The position numbers and the translations under genes were made by a program. A DNA stretch of 58,501 nt from an uncultured Eubacteriales bacterium (lineage in GTDB: Bacteria; Bacillota; Clostridia; Christensenellales; CAG-138): assembly GCA_902789675.1 (NCBI GenBank), contig CADAPG010000003.1, positions 1 to 58,501 on the forward strand, in the 5' to 3' direction. The number at the start of each line of letters is the position of its first letter. Within the stretch, counting starts at the first letter, position 1. Below, one piece after another: positions 26,707 to 38,497 of the stretch. The notes below the pieces were generated by a model. That model did no database searches and was not told where the DNA came from. It saw only the letters and a program-made list of their open reading frames with translations.

Positions 26707-27378
26707 ATGGCGCTCGTATACATTGCAGAAGACGATACCGACATCCGCGAACTGGAGACCTACGCGCTGAAAAGCGCAGGTCTCTCGGTCGAATCGTTCC
26801 CGGAAGGAACGTCGTTCCTTGCGGCGGTGAAGGAACGCCTTCCCGATCTCGTTCTGCTCGATATCATGCTGCCCGGCGCGGACGGGCTGCAGCTTTTGAA
26901 GCGGCTCCGGAACGACCCCGAAACGCGGTCGATCCCGATCATCATGGTCACGGCGAAGACGTCCGAAGCGGACAAGGTCAAAGGGCTCGATTCCGGCGCG
27001 GACGATTACCTTTCGAAGCCGTTCGGCGTCATGGAGCTGGTGTCGCGCTGCAAGGCGCTGCTGCGCCGCACGCACCGGCCCGCCGAAGCGGTGCTGCGCT
27101 TCGGTTCGATCGAACTGGACGACAGCCGCCACCGCGTGACCGTCGACGGACGGGAAACCGAGCTGACGTTCAAAGAATACGGGCTTTTAAAGCATATGCT
27201 TTCCAACATCGGCACGCCCGTTACGCGCGCGCAGCTCATGGAAGCCGTGTGGGGCTTTGCCTTCACCGGCGAAACGCGTACCGTGGACATGCACATCAAG
27301 ACGCTGCGCAAAAAGCTCGGCGACGCAGGGAACCTCATCGAGACCGTGCGGAACGTGGGCTACCGGATCGGGAGGTAG
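26707..27378 (+). CDS. OmpR/PhoP-like response regulator
   Basis: IAEDD, LLDIMLPG, GADDYLSKPF, RTVDMHIKTLRKKL..VRNVGY. Confidence 0.92.
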   Translation: MALVYIAEDDTDIRELETYALKSAGLSVESFPEGTSFLAAVKERLPDLVLLDIMLPGADGLQLLKRLRNDPETRSIPIIMVTAKTSEADKVKGLDSGADDYLSKPFGVMELVSRCKALLRRTHRPAEAVLRFGSIELDDSRHRVTVDGRETELTFKEYGLLKHMLSNIGTPVTRAQLMEAVWGFAFTGETRTVDMHIKTLRKKLGDAGNLIETVRNVGYRIGR

Positions 27379-27383
27379 GCGTG

Positions 27384-28367
27384 ATGAACGAAACGATGCT
27401 CTCCGGCATCCTGGACGCGCTGGAGGACGGCGTTGCGGTATTCGATCTCGAAGGCACCGTGCTGTTTCTGAACGCAAAGGCGTGCGAGCTGCTGCATATG
27501 ACCCCGACGACGCTCCGAAGGATCCACGACCTGCCGGAGGACGTGCACGCGTTCTTCGGCGGCGTCCGCAGCGGCAGAAGCGAAACGGTCGAGCTGTTCG
27601 GGCAGGCGGTACGTCTGCACTACCAGGACACGTATCAGGACGGTCTGCGCACCGGCGCGGTGCTGATTCTGACCGATCTCGGCGAGCAGCAGCGGGCGGA
27701 CCGGATCCGCCACGAGTTCACTGCGAACGTCTCGCACGAGCTGAAGACCCCGCTGACCTCGATCTCCGGCTACGCCGAGATGATCGAAAACGGCATGGCG
27801 AAGGACGAGGACGTGCGGCGCTTTGCCGAGCGCATCCGCCGCGAATCGAACCGCATGCTGTCGCTGGTGTCGGACATCATCACGCTGTCCGAACTCGACG
27901 AGCGGGAGATCCTGGAGCAGGCGGAGACCGTCGATCTCTATGCGCTTGCGCAGGAGACCGTCGAGACGCTGAAAAGCGCCGCCATGCTGCGCGGCGTTTC
28001 GGTGCAGCTTTCGGGCGGATCGATGGCGGTCCACGGCGTTCGCTCGCTTCTCTCCGAGCTCATCTATAACCTTCTGGACAACGCGATCCGCTATAACCGC
28101 GATAACGGAACGGTCTCCGTGCGCGTTGCGGACCGGAAGCTGTCCGTGCGCGACACGGGCATCGGCATCCCCAAGCATCACCAGAGCCGCATCTTCGAGC
28201 GGTTCTACCGCGTGGACAAGAGCCGCAGCAAGGCGACCGGCGGCACGGGACTGGGACTTGCGATCGTCAAGCACATCTGCGAGGAGCACGGCGCGGACCT
28301 GAAGCTGAAAAGCGCCGAGGGCATCGGCACCGAGATCACGGTCACCTTTCCCGCGTTCGAATTGTGA
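27384..28367 (+). CDS. PhoR-like sensor histidine kinase without TM segments
   Basis: PAS-like N-terminus, FTANVSHELKTPL, NLLDNAIRYN, DTGIGIP, FYRVDKSRS, GGTGLGL. Confidence 0.92.
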   Translation: MNETMLSGILDALEDGVAVFDLEGTVLFLNAKACELLHMTPTTLRRIHDLPEDVHAFFGGVRSGRSETVELFGQAVRLHYQDTYQDGLRTGAVLILTDLGEQQRADRIRHEFTANVSHELKTPLTSISGYAEMIENGMAKDEDVRRFAERIRRESNRMLSLVSDIITLSELDEREILEQAETVDLYALAQETVETLKSAAMLRGVSVQLSGGSMAVHGVRSLLSELIYNLLDNAIRYNRDNGTVSVRVADRKLSVRDTGIGIPKHHQSRIFERFYRVDKSRSKATGGTGLGLAIVKHICEEHGADLKLKSAEGIGTEITVTFPAFEL

Positions 28368-28424
28368 AAGAATCGAAAAAAGTACAAAAGAAAAAAAGGA
28401 TTTTTGAAAGAAACGTCGTATAAT

Positions 28425-28560
28425 AATATTGTTCTTAAGAAGAATATTTTTCTTAAGAAGAATGATTTAATTCAATTTAATTAAGAAGAATATTGTAATT
28501 ACATCTACTTAAGAAAAATCATTGTAATTACATCTGCTTAAGAAGATCGTTCTTAAGAAG
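28425..28560. repeat. AT-rich array of six TTAAGAA(G/A) motifs with embedded palindromes
   Basis: Motifs at 28435, 28453, 28481, 28509, 28538 and 28553; palindromes TTCTTAAGAA x3, TGTAATTACA x2, AATATT x3. Confidence 0.85.
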
Positions 28561-28605
28561 ACAGTCTTCTGATCCGGCTGCAATGCGCCGGAAAAAAAGA
28601 GAAAA

Positions 28606-28644
28606 GAACAGGAACGGGCAAATTTTGAAGCCCGTTCCTGTTTT
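28606..28644. terminator. intrinsic terminator between convergent genes
   Basis: AACAGGAACGGGC..GCCCGTTCCTGTT stem with A/T flanks. Confidence 0.7.
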
Positions 28645-28681
28645 AGTAAGAAAACAATTTGCATGCGCCGCGCTGCGTGTC

Positions 28682-29401
28682 TTACCGCGGACCCGAGAAG
28701 TGCAGAACCTGCGACGACGGGAAGCAGAACGTGTCCACCAGCATCGGAACGCCGCCGTAGCCCTCGCAGAGCAGCTCCACATGCAGGACCGCCGATCCGA
28801 CGGGGACCGACAGCGCTTCCGCAACGGTGGGATCGGCAAGCTCCGCGCGGAATTCGACGTGCAGCGATTCAATGTGCAGAAGCCGGCTGCTCACGATCAG
28901 CTCGGCAAGGGAGGTCTTGAACTCCCGCCGGAAGATCTGCGGGACCATGTCGGTACGCAGATATGCCGTGCCGTACGCAAACGGCTTGTCTTCCGCCATG
29001 CGCACGCGCGTGACCCGGCGGACCTTCGTATGCGGCGGGATCTTCAGCAATTCCGCGATTCCCGGCGGCGCGGGCACGAACGAGATCGAAAGATTCCGGA
29101 TCCTGGATTCGATGCCGACCCTGCGGATCGAATCGATAATCGTCGGCTCGACCGTAAAGCGGTACAGCGTTTCCTTTGGTTCCGTGCGGAACGAGCCGCG
29201 TCCGCGTTCGCGCGTCAGGATCCCTTCGCGCACCAGAACGTCGAGCGCGCGGCGCACCGTGTCGCGGCTGACGCCGTATTCGACCGCAAGCGCCTGTTCC
29301 GGTTCAAGCGGCGCGCCGATCGGCATCGTCATGAGCTTTGCGCGCTGCTCGTCGGCAATGCAAAGGTATTGCGGGATCCCGGATGATTTGTTCATAAGCA
29401 T
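28682..29401 (-). CDS. GntR family regulator (HutC/UTRA type)
   Basis: PEQALAVEYGVSRDTVRRAL..RGRGSF wHTH plus UTRA-like C-terminal domain. Confidence 0.9.
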   Translation of the reverse strand: MLMNKSSGIPQYLCIADEQRAKLMTMPIGAPLEPEQALAVEYGVSRDTVRRALDVLVREGILTRERGRGSFRTEPKETLYRFTVEPTIIDSIRRVGIESRIRNLSISFVPAPPGIAELLKIPPHTKVRRVTRVRMAEDKPFAYGTAYLRTDMVPQIFRREFKTSLAELIVSSRLLHIESLHVEFRAELADPTVAEALSVPVGSAVLHVELLCEGYGGVPMLVDTFCFPSSQVLHFSGPR

Positions 29402-29448
29402 TCCTCCGTAACGGTCGATGAGGTCGTTTTGGGAATGTGAAATTCAGT

Positions 29449-30246
29449 TTATTCGGCAAGCAGCGCTTCGATTTCCGGCAGCGCGCGCTCGGCGCATTCG
29501 CGGCCGATGCGGATCGCTTCCGCCGCGCCGGCGGTGGAGACCATGCCCATAAAGGACACGTCCGGCTTGATTCGGACGTCCACCGTGTCGGTCCTGAGCC
29601 TTGAGATCTCCTTCTGCATGATGCTGAACGTGCGCAGCAGCGCGGAATGTGCGCCGGGCGCCTTGTCCTCGGGGATGACGAATTTCTTCTTGATCGACAG
29701 ATCCACGCCGATCACGATATCCGCGCCGTGTTCCCGCAGCACCTCGACCGGAAGCTCCTGCAGCATGCCGCCGTCGACGTACCAGTGCCCGTCGATCTTC
29801 ACCGGCGTGAACACGCCCGGGATCGCCATGCTGGCGCGGCCCGCTTCATACAGCTTGCAGTGCTCGAAGATGTGGAACTCCGCGGTTTCCAGATCCGCCG
29901 CGCCGATGAAGCAGGGGATCTTCGTCTGCTCCACGGTCAGATCGTGCGTCAGCGTCCGAATGATCTCCGCAACCTTGTTGCCCGAGAAGAAGCCGCCGCG
30001 CGTGACCACCGTCGGATCGATGATGTCCTTGGGCATCAGCGTGCAAAGGTATTTTTCCAGCATGTAGAGGTCCGTGCCCGCCGCGTAGATCGCCGCGACC
30101 AGCGCGCCGGCGCTTGCGCCGGAGACCATGTCGATGGGAATGCCGTGCTCCTCCAGCACCTGCAGCACCCCGATGTGCGCCATGCCGCGCCCGCCGCCGG
30201 AGGCAAGCGCGAGGCCGACTTTTTTCCGTTCGCTCAAAGCGTTCAT
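29449..30246 (-). CDS. patatin-like phospholipase
   Basis: SGGGRGMAHIG, GASAG and DGG motifs. Confidence 0.93.
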   Translation of the reverse strand: MNALSERKKVGLALASGGGRGMAHIGVLQVLEEHGIPIDMVSGASAGALVAAIYAAGTDLYMLEKYLCTLMPKDIIDPTVVTRGGFFSGNKVAEIIRTLTHDLTVEQTKIPCFIGAADLETAEFHIFEHCKLYEAGRASMAIPGVFTPVKIDGHWYVDGGMLQELPVEVLREHGADIVIGVDLSIKKKFVIPEDKAPGAHSALLRTFSIMQKEISRLRTDTVDVRIKPDVSFMGMVSTAGAAEAIRIGRECAERALPEIEALLAE

Positions 30247-30420
30247 CCTTTCATCTCGAGAACGATCGTTCGTTCCTTTTCACCCCGATTATATCAAAGG
30301 ACGCGACAGTTTGCAAGGCTGCGCAAAGGATTCTCTTTATGTCCGCAGGACATTTCATGCCGCATGACGGGGCATCCTCCCGAACGCCCCGCATGACGGC
30401 AGGCAATACATGATACAAAA

Positions 30421-30697
30421 AGATCCTTCGTCGCCGTTCCGGCTTCTCAGGATGACACAACAGGGGTGCGCGGCATTACAGGTTCCGCTGTTACGGGCGG
30501 ATGCGATCCGCCCCTACGGTACATTTGCGCGCCTCATGCGCGTGACAATTCCCCCCCCTTTACACAAGGGGGGCAAGGGGTTCGCGCAGCCAAAAGCCTT
30601 CTCCTCCGAGGAGAAGGTGGCGAGGTTTGCCGAGCCGGATGAGGTGGACACGCCGAAAAGCGGAACGCTTTTCGCGGATCAATGAATTGCGCCTGCG
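30421..30697. repeat. second composite cluster of REP-like repeats
   Basis: AGATCCTTCG..CTCAGGATGACA at 30421-30457, reverse GTAG-REP at 30495-30517, C8/G6 hairpin at 30551-30573, and a unit at 30596-30697 homologous to 10725-10822. Confidence 0.8.
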
Positions 30698-30812
30698 CCG
30701 CATAACGGGGCGCAGGGAAGCGTGCAGCGCACAATTTCACGGGAGAGGGAAGATTTTTCTTCCCTTTTTCCGATCGCTTTGTTATAATATAAGGGTTAAG
30801 GAGAGTGTGCTT

Positions 30813-32501
<1,689 letters not shown>

Positions 32502-32502
32502 T

Positions 32503-33783
32503 ATGCTGGATATCAAGTTCGTCCGGGCAAATCCGGACCTCGTAAAGGAAAACATCAAAAAGAAGTTTCAGGATGACAAGCTCGTTCTGGTCGACGAAGT
32601 GCTTGCGCTCGACAAGGAATACCGCGAGGCGCACGTCCGCTGCGACTGGCTCAGAAACCAGCGCAACGTGATCAGTAAATCCATCGGCATGATGATGGCG
32701 CACGGCGAGCGCGACAAGGCGGAGGAAGCCAAGGCGCAGGTGGGCGCGATGGCAAAGGAGATGGCGGAGCTCGAGGTCCGCGAGACCGAGCTCGAGGGCG
32801 AGATCAGAAAGCGCATGCTCGTCATCCCGAACATCATCGACCCGACGGTCCCGATCGGCAAGGACGATTCCGAAAACGTCGAGATCGAGCGCTTCGGAGA
32901 GCCCAAAGTGCCCGACTTCGAGATCCCGTACCATGTGGACATCATGGAGCGTTTAAGCGGCATCGATCTCGATTCCGCGCGCAAGACGAGCGGCAACGGG
33001 TTCTACTATCTCATGGGCGACATCGCACGCTTGCACAGCGCGGTGCTTTCCTATGCGCGCGACTTCATGATCGACCGCGGCTATACCTACGTCGTGCCGC
33101 CGTTCATGATCCGTTCCGCGGTCGTCGACGGCGTGATGAGCTTTGCCGAGATGGAGAACATGATGTACAAGATCGAGGGCGAGGACCTCTATCTCATCGG
33201 CACGTCCGAGCACAGCATGATCGGGCGGTTCATGAACACGTTCCACGACGAAAGCACGCTGCCGCTGAAGCTCACGAGCTATTCGCCCTGCTTCCGCAAG
33301 GAGGTCGGCGCGCACGGCATCGAGGAGCGCGGCGTGTACCGCATTCATCAGTTCGAGAAGCAGGAGATGATCATCGTCTGCAAGCCCGAGGAGAGCAAGG
33401 CGCTCTATAACGAGCTGTGGAGCAACACGGTCGACTTTTTCCGCTCGCTCGACATCCCGGTGCGCACGCTCGAATGCTGCTCCGGCGATCTCGCGGATCT
33501 GAAGGTCAAGAGCTGCGACGTGGAGGCATGGTCCCCGCGGCAGCAGAAATACTTCGAGGTCGGCAGCTGCTCGAACCTCGGCGACGCGCAGGCAAGACGC
33601 CTCGGCATCCGCATCAAGAACAAGGAGAAGGGCAACTACTTTGCGCACACGCTGAACAACACGGTCGTTGCGCCGCCGCGCATGCTGATCGCATTCCTCG
33701 AAAACAACCTGCAGGCGGACGGCACGGTCCGCATCCCCGAGGTGCTGCGTCCCTACATGGGATTCAGGGATCACATCGGATAA
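32503..33783 (+). CDS. serS: serine--tRNA ligase
   Basis: MLDIKF, coiled-coil arm, YLIGTSEH, CFRKE..RIHQFEKQE, SCSN, HTLNNT. Confidence 0.97.
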   Translation: MLDIKFVRANPDLVKENIKKKFQDDKLVLVDEVLALDKEYREAHVRCDWLRNQRNVISKSIGMMMAHGERDKAEEAKAQVGAMAKEMAELEVRETELEGEIRKRMLVIPNIIDPTVPIGKDDSENVEIERFGEPKVPDFEIPYHVDIMERLSGIDLDSARKTSGNGFYYLMGDIARLHSAVLSYARDFMIDRGYTYVVPPFMIRSAVVDGVMSFAEMENMMYKIEGEDLYLIGTSEHSMIGRFMNTFHDESTLPLKLTSYSPCFRKEVGAHGIEERGVYRIHQFEKQEMIIVCKPEESKALYNELWSNTVDFFRSLDIPVRTLECCSGDLADLKVKSCDVEAWSPRQQKYFEVGSCSNLGDAQARRLGIRIKNKEKGNYFAHTLNNTVVAPPRMLIAFLENNLQADGTVRIPEVLRPYMGFRDHIG

Positions 33784-33789
33784 GCATGC

Positions 33790-33820
33790 AAACGGGAAGG
33801 ACGCGCCTTCCCGTTTTTTT
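33790..33820 (+). terminator. intrinsic terminator after serS
   Basis: AAACGGGAAGG..CCTTCCCG followed by a T run; a second hairpin follows at 33831-33861. Confidence 0.75.
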
Positions 33821-33869
33821 GCAGACAAAGAAGCCGGAAGGAGCAATCCTTCCGGCTTTTCATTGATCG

Positions 33870-34628
33870 TCAGTTCGGCTTGCGCATGCCGCAGAGGTAG
33901 CAGAAATTCGCTTCCGTTTCGTTCTTCGTGCCGCAGTTCGGGCAGTTCCATTCGGTCGGAACGGGCGCGGGCTTCGGAGCGGGCGCTTCTTTAAGCGGTT
34001 TTCCGCAGCGCAGACAGGTCTTGCGTTCCGCGCTCTGCCGCTGACCGCAGTGCGGGCAGGAGATCACATCGGGATTTGTCAGCGTCTCTCCCTTGAATTT
34101 CACGCCGCAGTTCCAGCAGACCCGGCGATCCGCGGGCTGCACCGCATCGCACTGCGGGCAGCGGATCCGATCCTCGCCGTGGATGATCGGTACGACGATA
34201 AGGTTCGGATCCACCTTCGGCGGTTCCTTTTTCGGTTCGGGATATTTGACACCGAGGTCCTTCGGCGCCGCTTCGATTTCCTTCGGCGCGGCGGTCGGAA
34301 CGCCGTTTTGCAGGAGCTGCTTGATGTCGGAGAGCAGCTTTTTGCTTTCCTGATTCGTTTGCCGGTTGATCGCCGTATCCTCCACATACTGTCCCAACGC
34401 GTACATCCCCGCGCAGCTGAGCCATGCGGTAAAGGTTCCCAGCGCCATGACCAACAGGAACATACCGAACCCGGCGAAGAATCCGGCGCCGTCGCCTCTG
34501 TAGGCGCATGAAGACAGTTTCCCTGTGACGACCGCCAGATAGATCGCATAGGCGATCGTTCCGACCATCATGAGACCGAAGAGCACTTTTGCAAAGCTTT
34601 TGAGCTTGCTTCCGATATCGTCAAACAT
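33870..34628 (-). CDS. membrane protein with three C-terminal zinc ribbons
   Basis: Two TM helices; CPQC..CWNC, CPHC..CLRC, WNCPNCG..FCYLCG (RanBP2-like). Confidence 0.85.
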   Translation of the reverse strand: MFDDIGSKLKSFAKVLFGLMMVGTIAYAIYLAVVTGKLSSCAYRGDGAGFFAGFGMFLLVMALGTFTAWLSCAGMYALGQYVEDTAINRQTNQESKKLLSDIKQLLQNGVPTAAPKEIEAAPKDLGVKYPEPKKEPPKVDPNLIVVPIIHGEDRIRCPQCDAVQPADRRVCWNCGVKFKGETLTNPDVISCPHCGQRQSAERKTCLRCGKPLKEAPAPKPAPVPTEWNCPNCGTKNETEANFCYLCGMRKPN

Positions 34629-34845
34629 AGAAAGTCCCTCCTCCGTTCATTATTGAAATTGTATTTCTTTTCGCGGGGATTGTCAATCGCCTGCGCGAAA
34701 ATCCGCGAAAAATGCGATCCGGCGGCAGGGGATTGCGCTGCAGCAAGGGCGGGGAAGCGGCGCCGCTTCTTGACGAGCCGCCCGCGCGCATGCTATCATA
34801 GGAGCAGAAAAACGATTCCGGTCCGAAGGACCGAACGAGGGGTTT

Positions 34846-36753
34846 ATGGATGTATTCAACGTGATCTCCCTGATGGGCGGGCTTGCCATGTTCCTGTACG
34901 GCATGCGGCTCATGGGGGATTCCTTAAAGGAGAATTCTTCCGGAACATTGAAACGCGCCATGAGCAAGGTGACGAACAATCCCCTGAAGGCGTTTGTTCT
35001 CGGCGTGCTCGTGACCGCGCTGATCCAATCCTCGACCGCGACGATCGTCATCACAGCGGGTCTGGTGGGCGCCGGGATCCTGACGCTGCATCAATCGCTC
35101 GGCATCATCATCGGCGCGAACGTCGGCACCACGGTCACGGGTCAGATCATCCGCCTTCTGGACATCGACTCCTCCGGCTCGTCGTTTCTGCGCGTGTTTC
35201 AGCCGTCCACGCTCGCCCCGATCGCGCTGATCATCGGCATTGTGCTGATCATGACGAGCTTCTTTAAAAATGCCCGGTCCGTCGGCAACATCGCGATCGG
35301 CTTCGGCATCCTCTTTTCCGGTCTTCTGAACATGACCGGCGCGGTCAATACGCTTGCCGATGCGGGCGTGTTCGACAAACTCTTCGCGCGGCTCGGGGAC
35401 AACCCGTTTCTGGGCTACGTCACCGGCGCGGGCGTGGCGTTCACGCTGCAGAGCTCCTCGGCGACCATCGGCATCCTGCAGGCGTTCTCGCAATCGGGGA
35501 TGCTGGCGTTCAAATCCGTCTATTCGGTCATCGTCGGCGTCTACCTCGGCGACTGCGTGACCACGGCGATCGTCATCTTCATCGGTTCCAAGGCGGAGGC
35601 GCGCCGCGTGGGCGTCGTCAACATCCTGTTCAATCTCTGCAAATCGGCGCTGGTGCTGATCGTTGTGACCGTCGTGCACAAGCTGGGGCTTCTGAACGGG
35701 CTGTGGGACAAAACGGTAAACTCCGGCATCATCGCGAACACGAACACGATCTTCAACCTCTGCTGCGCGGCGGCGCTGCTGCCGATGATGGGCGTTTATG
35801 AAAAGCTGAGCCGGAAGATCGTCAGGGACAAGCCTGCGAAGGACAGCAAGTACAAGGACGTCACCGACGCGCTGAACCCGGTCTTCTTCAACACCCCCGC
35901 GCTTGCGCTGCAGAGCTGCTACAAGACGCTGCTCGCGATCTTCTCCGCCGCGCGAACGGGCATCGAGCGGTCCTTCGGACTGCTGACGGCGTTCGATCCC
36001 GCCGTCTGTCAGGAGATCCTCAGGGAAGAGGAAGAGATCGACCGCATGACCGACGCGCTGAGCAAGTATCTCGTGAGCTTTCTGCCGCATCTGACGATCG
36101 AGCATCACGTTTCGATCCTGAATCAGTATTACAAGGTCGCGTCGGAATTCGAACGTCTGGGAGACCATGCGGTGAACATCGCGCAGCTTGCGGAATCCAT
36201 GCAAAAGAACGGCACGCACTTTTCCGACGCCGCCGTTTCGGAGATCACGGTCCTCGAAAGCGCGCTCATCCGCATCCTTGACGAGACCGAGCAGACCTTC
36301 ACGAAGCGCGACGTGGACGCCGCGGCGCGGATCGAACCGCTGGTGCAGGTTTCGGGCGATCTCATCAACAAGCTGAAAAAGAACCATCTCCGGCGCATGA
36401 GCACGGGCGAATGCAACGCCTACGCCGATACGACCTTCTCGAACCTGATGGTGGAGTTCCACCGGATCGGCGACGTGTGCAGCAACGTCGGCATCGCGAC
36501 GATGGTCCGCGTACATCCGGAGCTTGCCGATCATGAGCATCTGTATTTCGAACGGCTGCACGCCGGCGGCGACGAGGCGTTCGACACCGCGTACAAGCGC
36601 GCGTACCGGCAGTATTTCTCGCTGCTGGAGCGTCCGACGCCGTCCGCGCCGAAAGAAAACGAAACGCCTGCGGAGAACGAACCGTCCGCAGAGCGCGAAC
36701 CGTCCGCCGTACCGCAGGCGGAAGAAGCAAAGCCGCAGTCCGCAAATCCGTAA
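34846..36753 (+). CDS. Na+/phosphate cotransporter family protein with PhoU domains
   Basis: GGLAMFLYGM, QSS repeats, GANVGTT, ERLGDHAVNI. Confidence 0.92.
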   Translation: MDVFNVISLMGGLAMFLYGMRLMGDSLKENSSGTLKRAMSKVTNNPLKAFVLGVLVTALIQSSTATIVITAGLVGAGILTLHQSLGIIIGANVGTTVTGQIIRLLDIDSSGSSFLRVFQPSTLAPIALIIGIVLIMTSFFKNARSVGNIAIGFGILFSGLLNMTGAVNTLADAGVFDKLFARLGDNPFLGYVTGAGVAFTLQSSSATIGILQAFSQSGMLAFKSVYSVIVGVYLGDCVTTAIVIFIGSKAEARRVGVVNILFNLCKSALVLIVVTVVHKLGLLNGLWDKTVNSGIIANTNTIFNLCCAAALLPMMGVYEKLSRKIVRDKPAKDSKYKDVTDALNPVFFNTPALALQSCYKTLLAIFSAARTGIERSFGLLTAFDPAVCQEILREEEEIDRMTDALSKYLVSFLPHLTIEHHVSILNQYYKVASEFERLGDHAVNIAQLAESMQKNGTHFSDAAVSEITVLESALIRILDETEQTFTKRDVDAAARIEPLVQVSGDLINKLKKNHLRRMSTGECNAYADTTFSNLMVEFHRIGDVCSNVGIATMVRVHPELADHEHLYFERLHAGGDEAFDTAYKRAYRQYFSLLERPTPSAPKENETPAENEPSAEREPSAVPQAEEAKPQSANP

Positions 36754-36775
36754 CCGCAGCCCTGTTTTCGATAAT

Positions 36776-37453
36776 TTAACCTTCCTTCGCGTCCATCAGC
36801 ATCCAGCCGAGGCTGACCGGCGCGGTAAACGGCGTGCCGCAGAAGACGCAGACCCGCGCGCCGACGGCAGGCAGGGGGCCGCCGCAGTTCGGGCAGTTGA
36901 AGCCGACGACCTCGCTGTCCGGATCGTCCGCGTAGCCGGCGACGTAGGTCAGAACGAGCCGCTTTTCGCGCAGGACGTCGGTCTTGTCATTGTAGCCCAC
37001 CGCCGCCTGACAGGTCAGGAACTTCCGGCGCGACGCGTTGTCGTACCCCGCGATCGAAACGCGGTGCACCTCGATCCCGTCCTTCACGTCGTCGGGCAGA
37101 CGGTCCTCGAACGACTCGCGGAATTCCGCCGTCGCGTCGTCCTTATAGAGAACCTTTTCCTGCACGCCGCTTTCATAATACGTCTTTGCGTCGCGGCGTA
37201 CACGCTGACCGAAGATCCGCGCGTTGAAATCCGGAAAATCCTTCAGAAGCTTCGGCAGCACCACCGATTCCAGCGAGGACAGCGAACGCGGTTTTTCCGG
37301 TTCCTTGTCCGCGGCGATCGCCTCGTCCAGCGCGTTTTTGAGATAGCCGATCCGCTCGCGCATGCCGCGCGTGGCGCGTCGAATGCCCAGAAAGCCGCCG
37401 AACAGCGTCAGAATCCCGCCGCCGACGATCAGCGCGATCACCCATTTTTCCAT
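36776..37453 (-). CDS. membrane-anchored protein with C-terminal zinc ribbon
   Basis: N-terminal TM, DFPDFN, NCPNCGGPL..CVFCG; GGAGG RBS. Confidence 0.8.
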   Translation of the reverse strand: MEKWVIALIVGGGILTLFGGFLGIRRATRGMRERIGYLKNALDEAIAADKEPEKPRSLSSLESVVLPKLLKDFPDFNARIFGQRVRRDAKTYYESGVQEKVLYKDDATAEFRESFEDRLPDDVKDGIEVHRVSIAGYDNASRRKFLTCQAAVGYNDKTDVLREKRLVLTYVAGYADDPDSEVVGFNCPNCGGPLPAVGARVCVFCGTPFTAPVSLGWMLMDAKEG

Positions 37454-37660
37454 ACGATTCCTCCGAAAAACAGTTCCTTTTCTTCAGTTTGGACGCAATC
37501 GGGAAAAAAGTCAAGAGCAATCTTTCCGGCGGTCCGGATTTTTCCGATAATTGCGACAAAATAGCACCAATCCGGGTTGACATTAGCCGCGCCTTGCCTT
37601 AAAATATATGATAAGAATGTATATCATTCCAAACCAAATAAAGAAATGAGAGGGGTTTGC

Positions 37661-38494
37661 ATGGAAGAAAAGAAAAGAACGATCACCAAAGTCGAAGACG
37701 GTGAAAAGGTCAAGAAGACCGTAAAGAAGGCGGAGGAAGTCAAAGAAGCCGTCGAAGAAGAAGTCAAAGAAACCAAAAAGACAAAGCAGGTTGAAACGCT
37801 GACCAAGGCGGAGGAGAAGAGCAAGGCAACGACGCTGCGCATTGTCGCCGCAATTCTTTGGGCGTTTGCAATCGGTTTTGAGGTTCTTGCGATCCTCTTC
37901 CTGTTCAAGAAACTGTACATTCCGTGGCTGCCGCAGATGTGGGCAATGATCATCTGCATCGTGCTCGATCTGATCTGCTGCGTCATTGCGGCGCTGCTCT
38001 GGAAGAAAGCAAGCCACCTCGATCCGTTCAAGAAGACCAACAACAAGGTTGGCTTCTTCATTCTCACACAGCTCGGCGTGATCATGGCGGCGATCTGCTT
38101 CATCCCGTTGATCGTCCTCGTCCTTGCCAGCAAGGATAAGCTCGACAAGAAATCCAAGATCGTCGTAACCGTCGTTGCGATCGTCGCGCTGCTCATCGCG
38201 GGACTTCTGGGCGCAGACTTCAACCCGATCTCCGCGGAAGAAAAAGCGCAGGCGGAAGATTCCATCACCGGGGACGTCTTCTGGACCGCGTTCGGTCACA
38301 AGTATCACCTCTATGGTGATTGCGGCTCTCTGAAGAATTCCGCAACGCTGTACAACGGTTCCGTCACCGCCGCGATCGACAACGGCCGCGGAGAACTGTG
38401 CTACTTCTGCGCGAACAGAGCGGAGAAGGAACAGCAGCTCAAGCTGGATGGTCTCAATGTCGAAGAAGGCGTCGAAGCCGCAACCGGAGAATAA
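37661..38494 (+). CDS. four-TM membrane protein with C-terminal His/Cys metal site
   Basis: Charged N-terminus, four TM helices, KYHLYGDC..LCYFC; GAGGGG RBS. Confidence 0.8.
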   Translation: MEEKKRTITKVEDGEKVKKTVKKAEEVKEAVEEEVKETKKTKQVETLTKAEEKSKATTLRIVAAILWAFAIGFEVLAILFLFKKLYIPWLPQMWAMIICIVLDLICCVIAALLWKKASHLDPFKKTNNKVGFFILTQLGVIMAAICFIPLIVLVLASKDKLDKKSKIVVTVVAIVALLIAGLLGADFNPISAEEKAQAEDSITGDVFWTAFGHKYHLYGDCGSLKNSATLYNGSVTAAIDNGRGELCYFCANRAEKEQQLKLDGLNVEEGVEAATGE

Positions 38495-38497
38495 GCC

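Noticed and set aside
28413-28440. dif-like site ACGTCGTATAA-TAATAT-TGTTCTTAAGA
   Set aside because: The left arm is suggestive, but the XerD arm matches TTATGTTAAAT at only about 6 of 11 positions.
28425-28560. CRISPR array interpretation of the AT-rich repeats
   Set aside because: No constant 23-47 bp repeat with unique spacers, irregular period, and no cas genes.
30250-30812. T-box riboswitch upstream of argS-serS
   Set aside because: No T-box core or antiterminator seen; an extended -10 lies about 25 nt from the start, and the upstream structure is repeat DNA.
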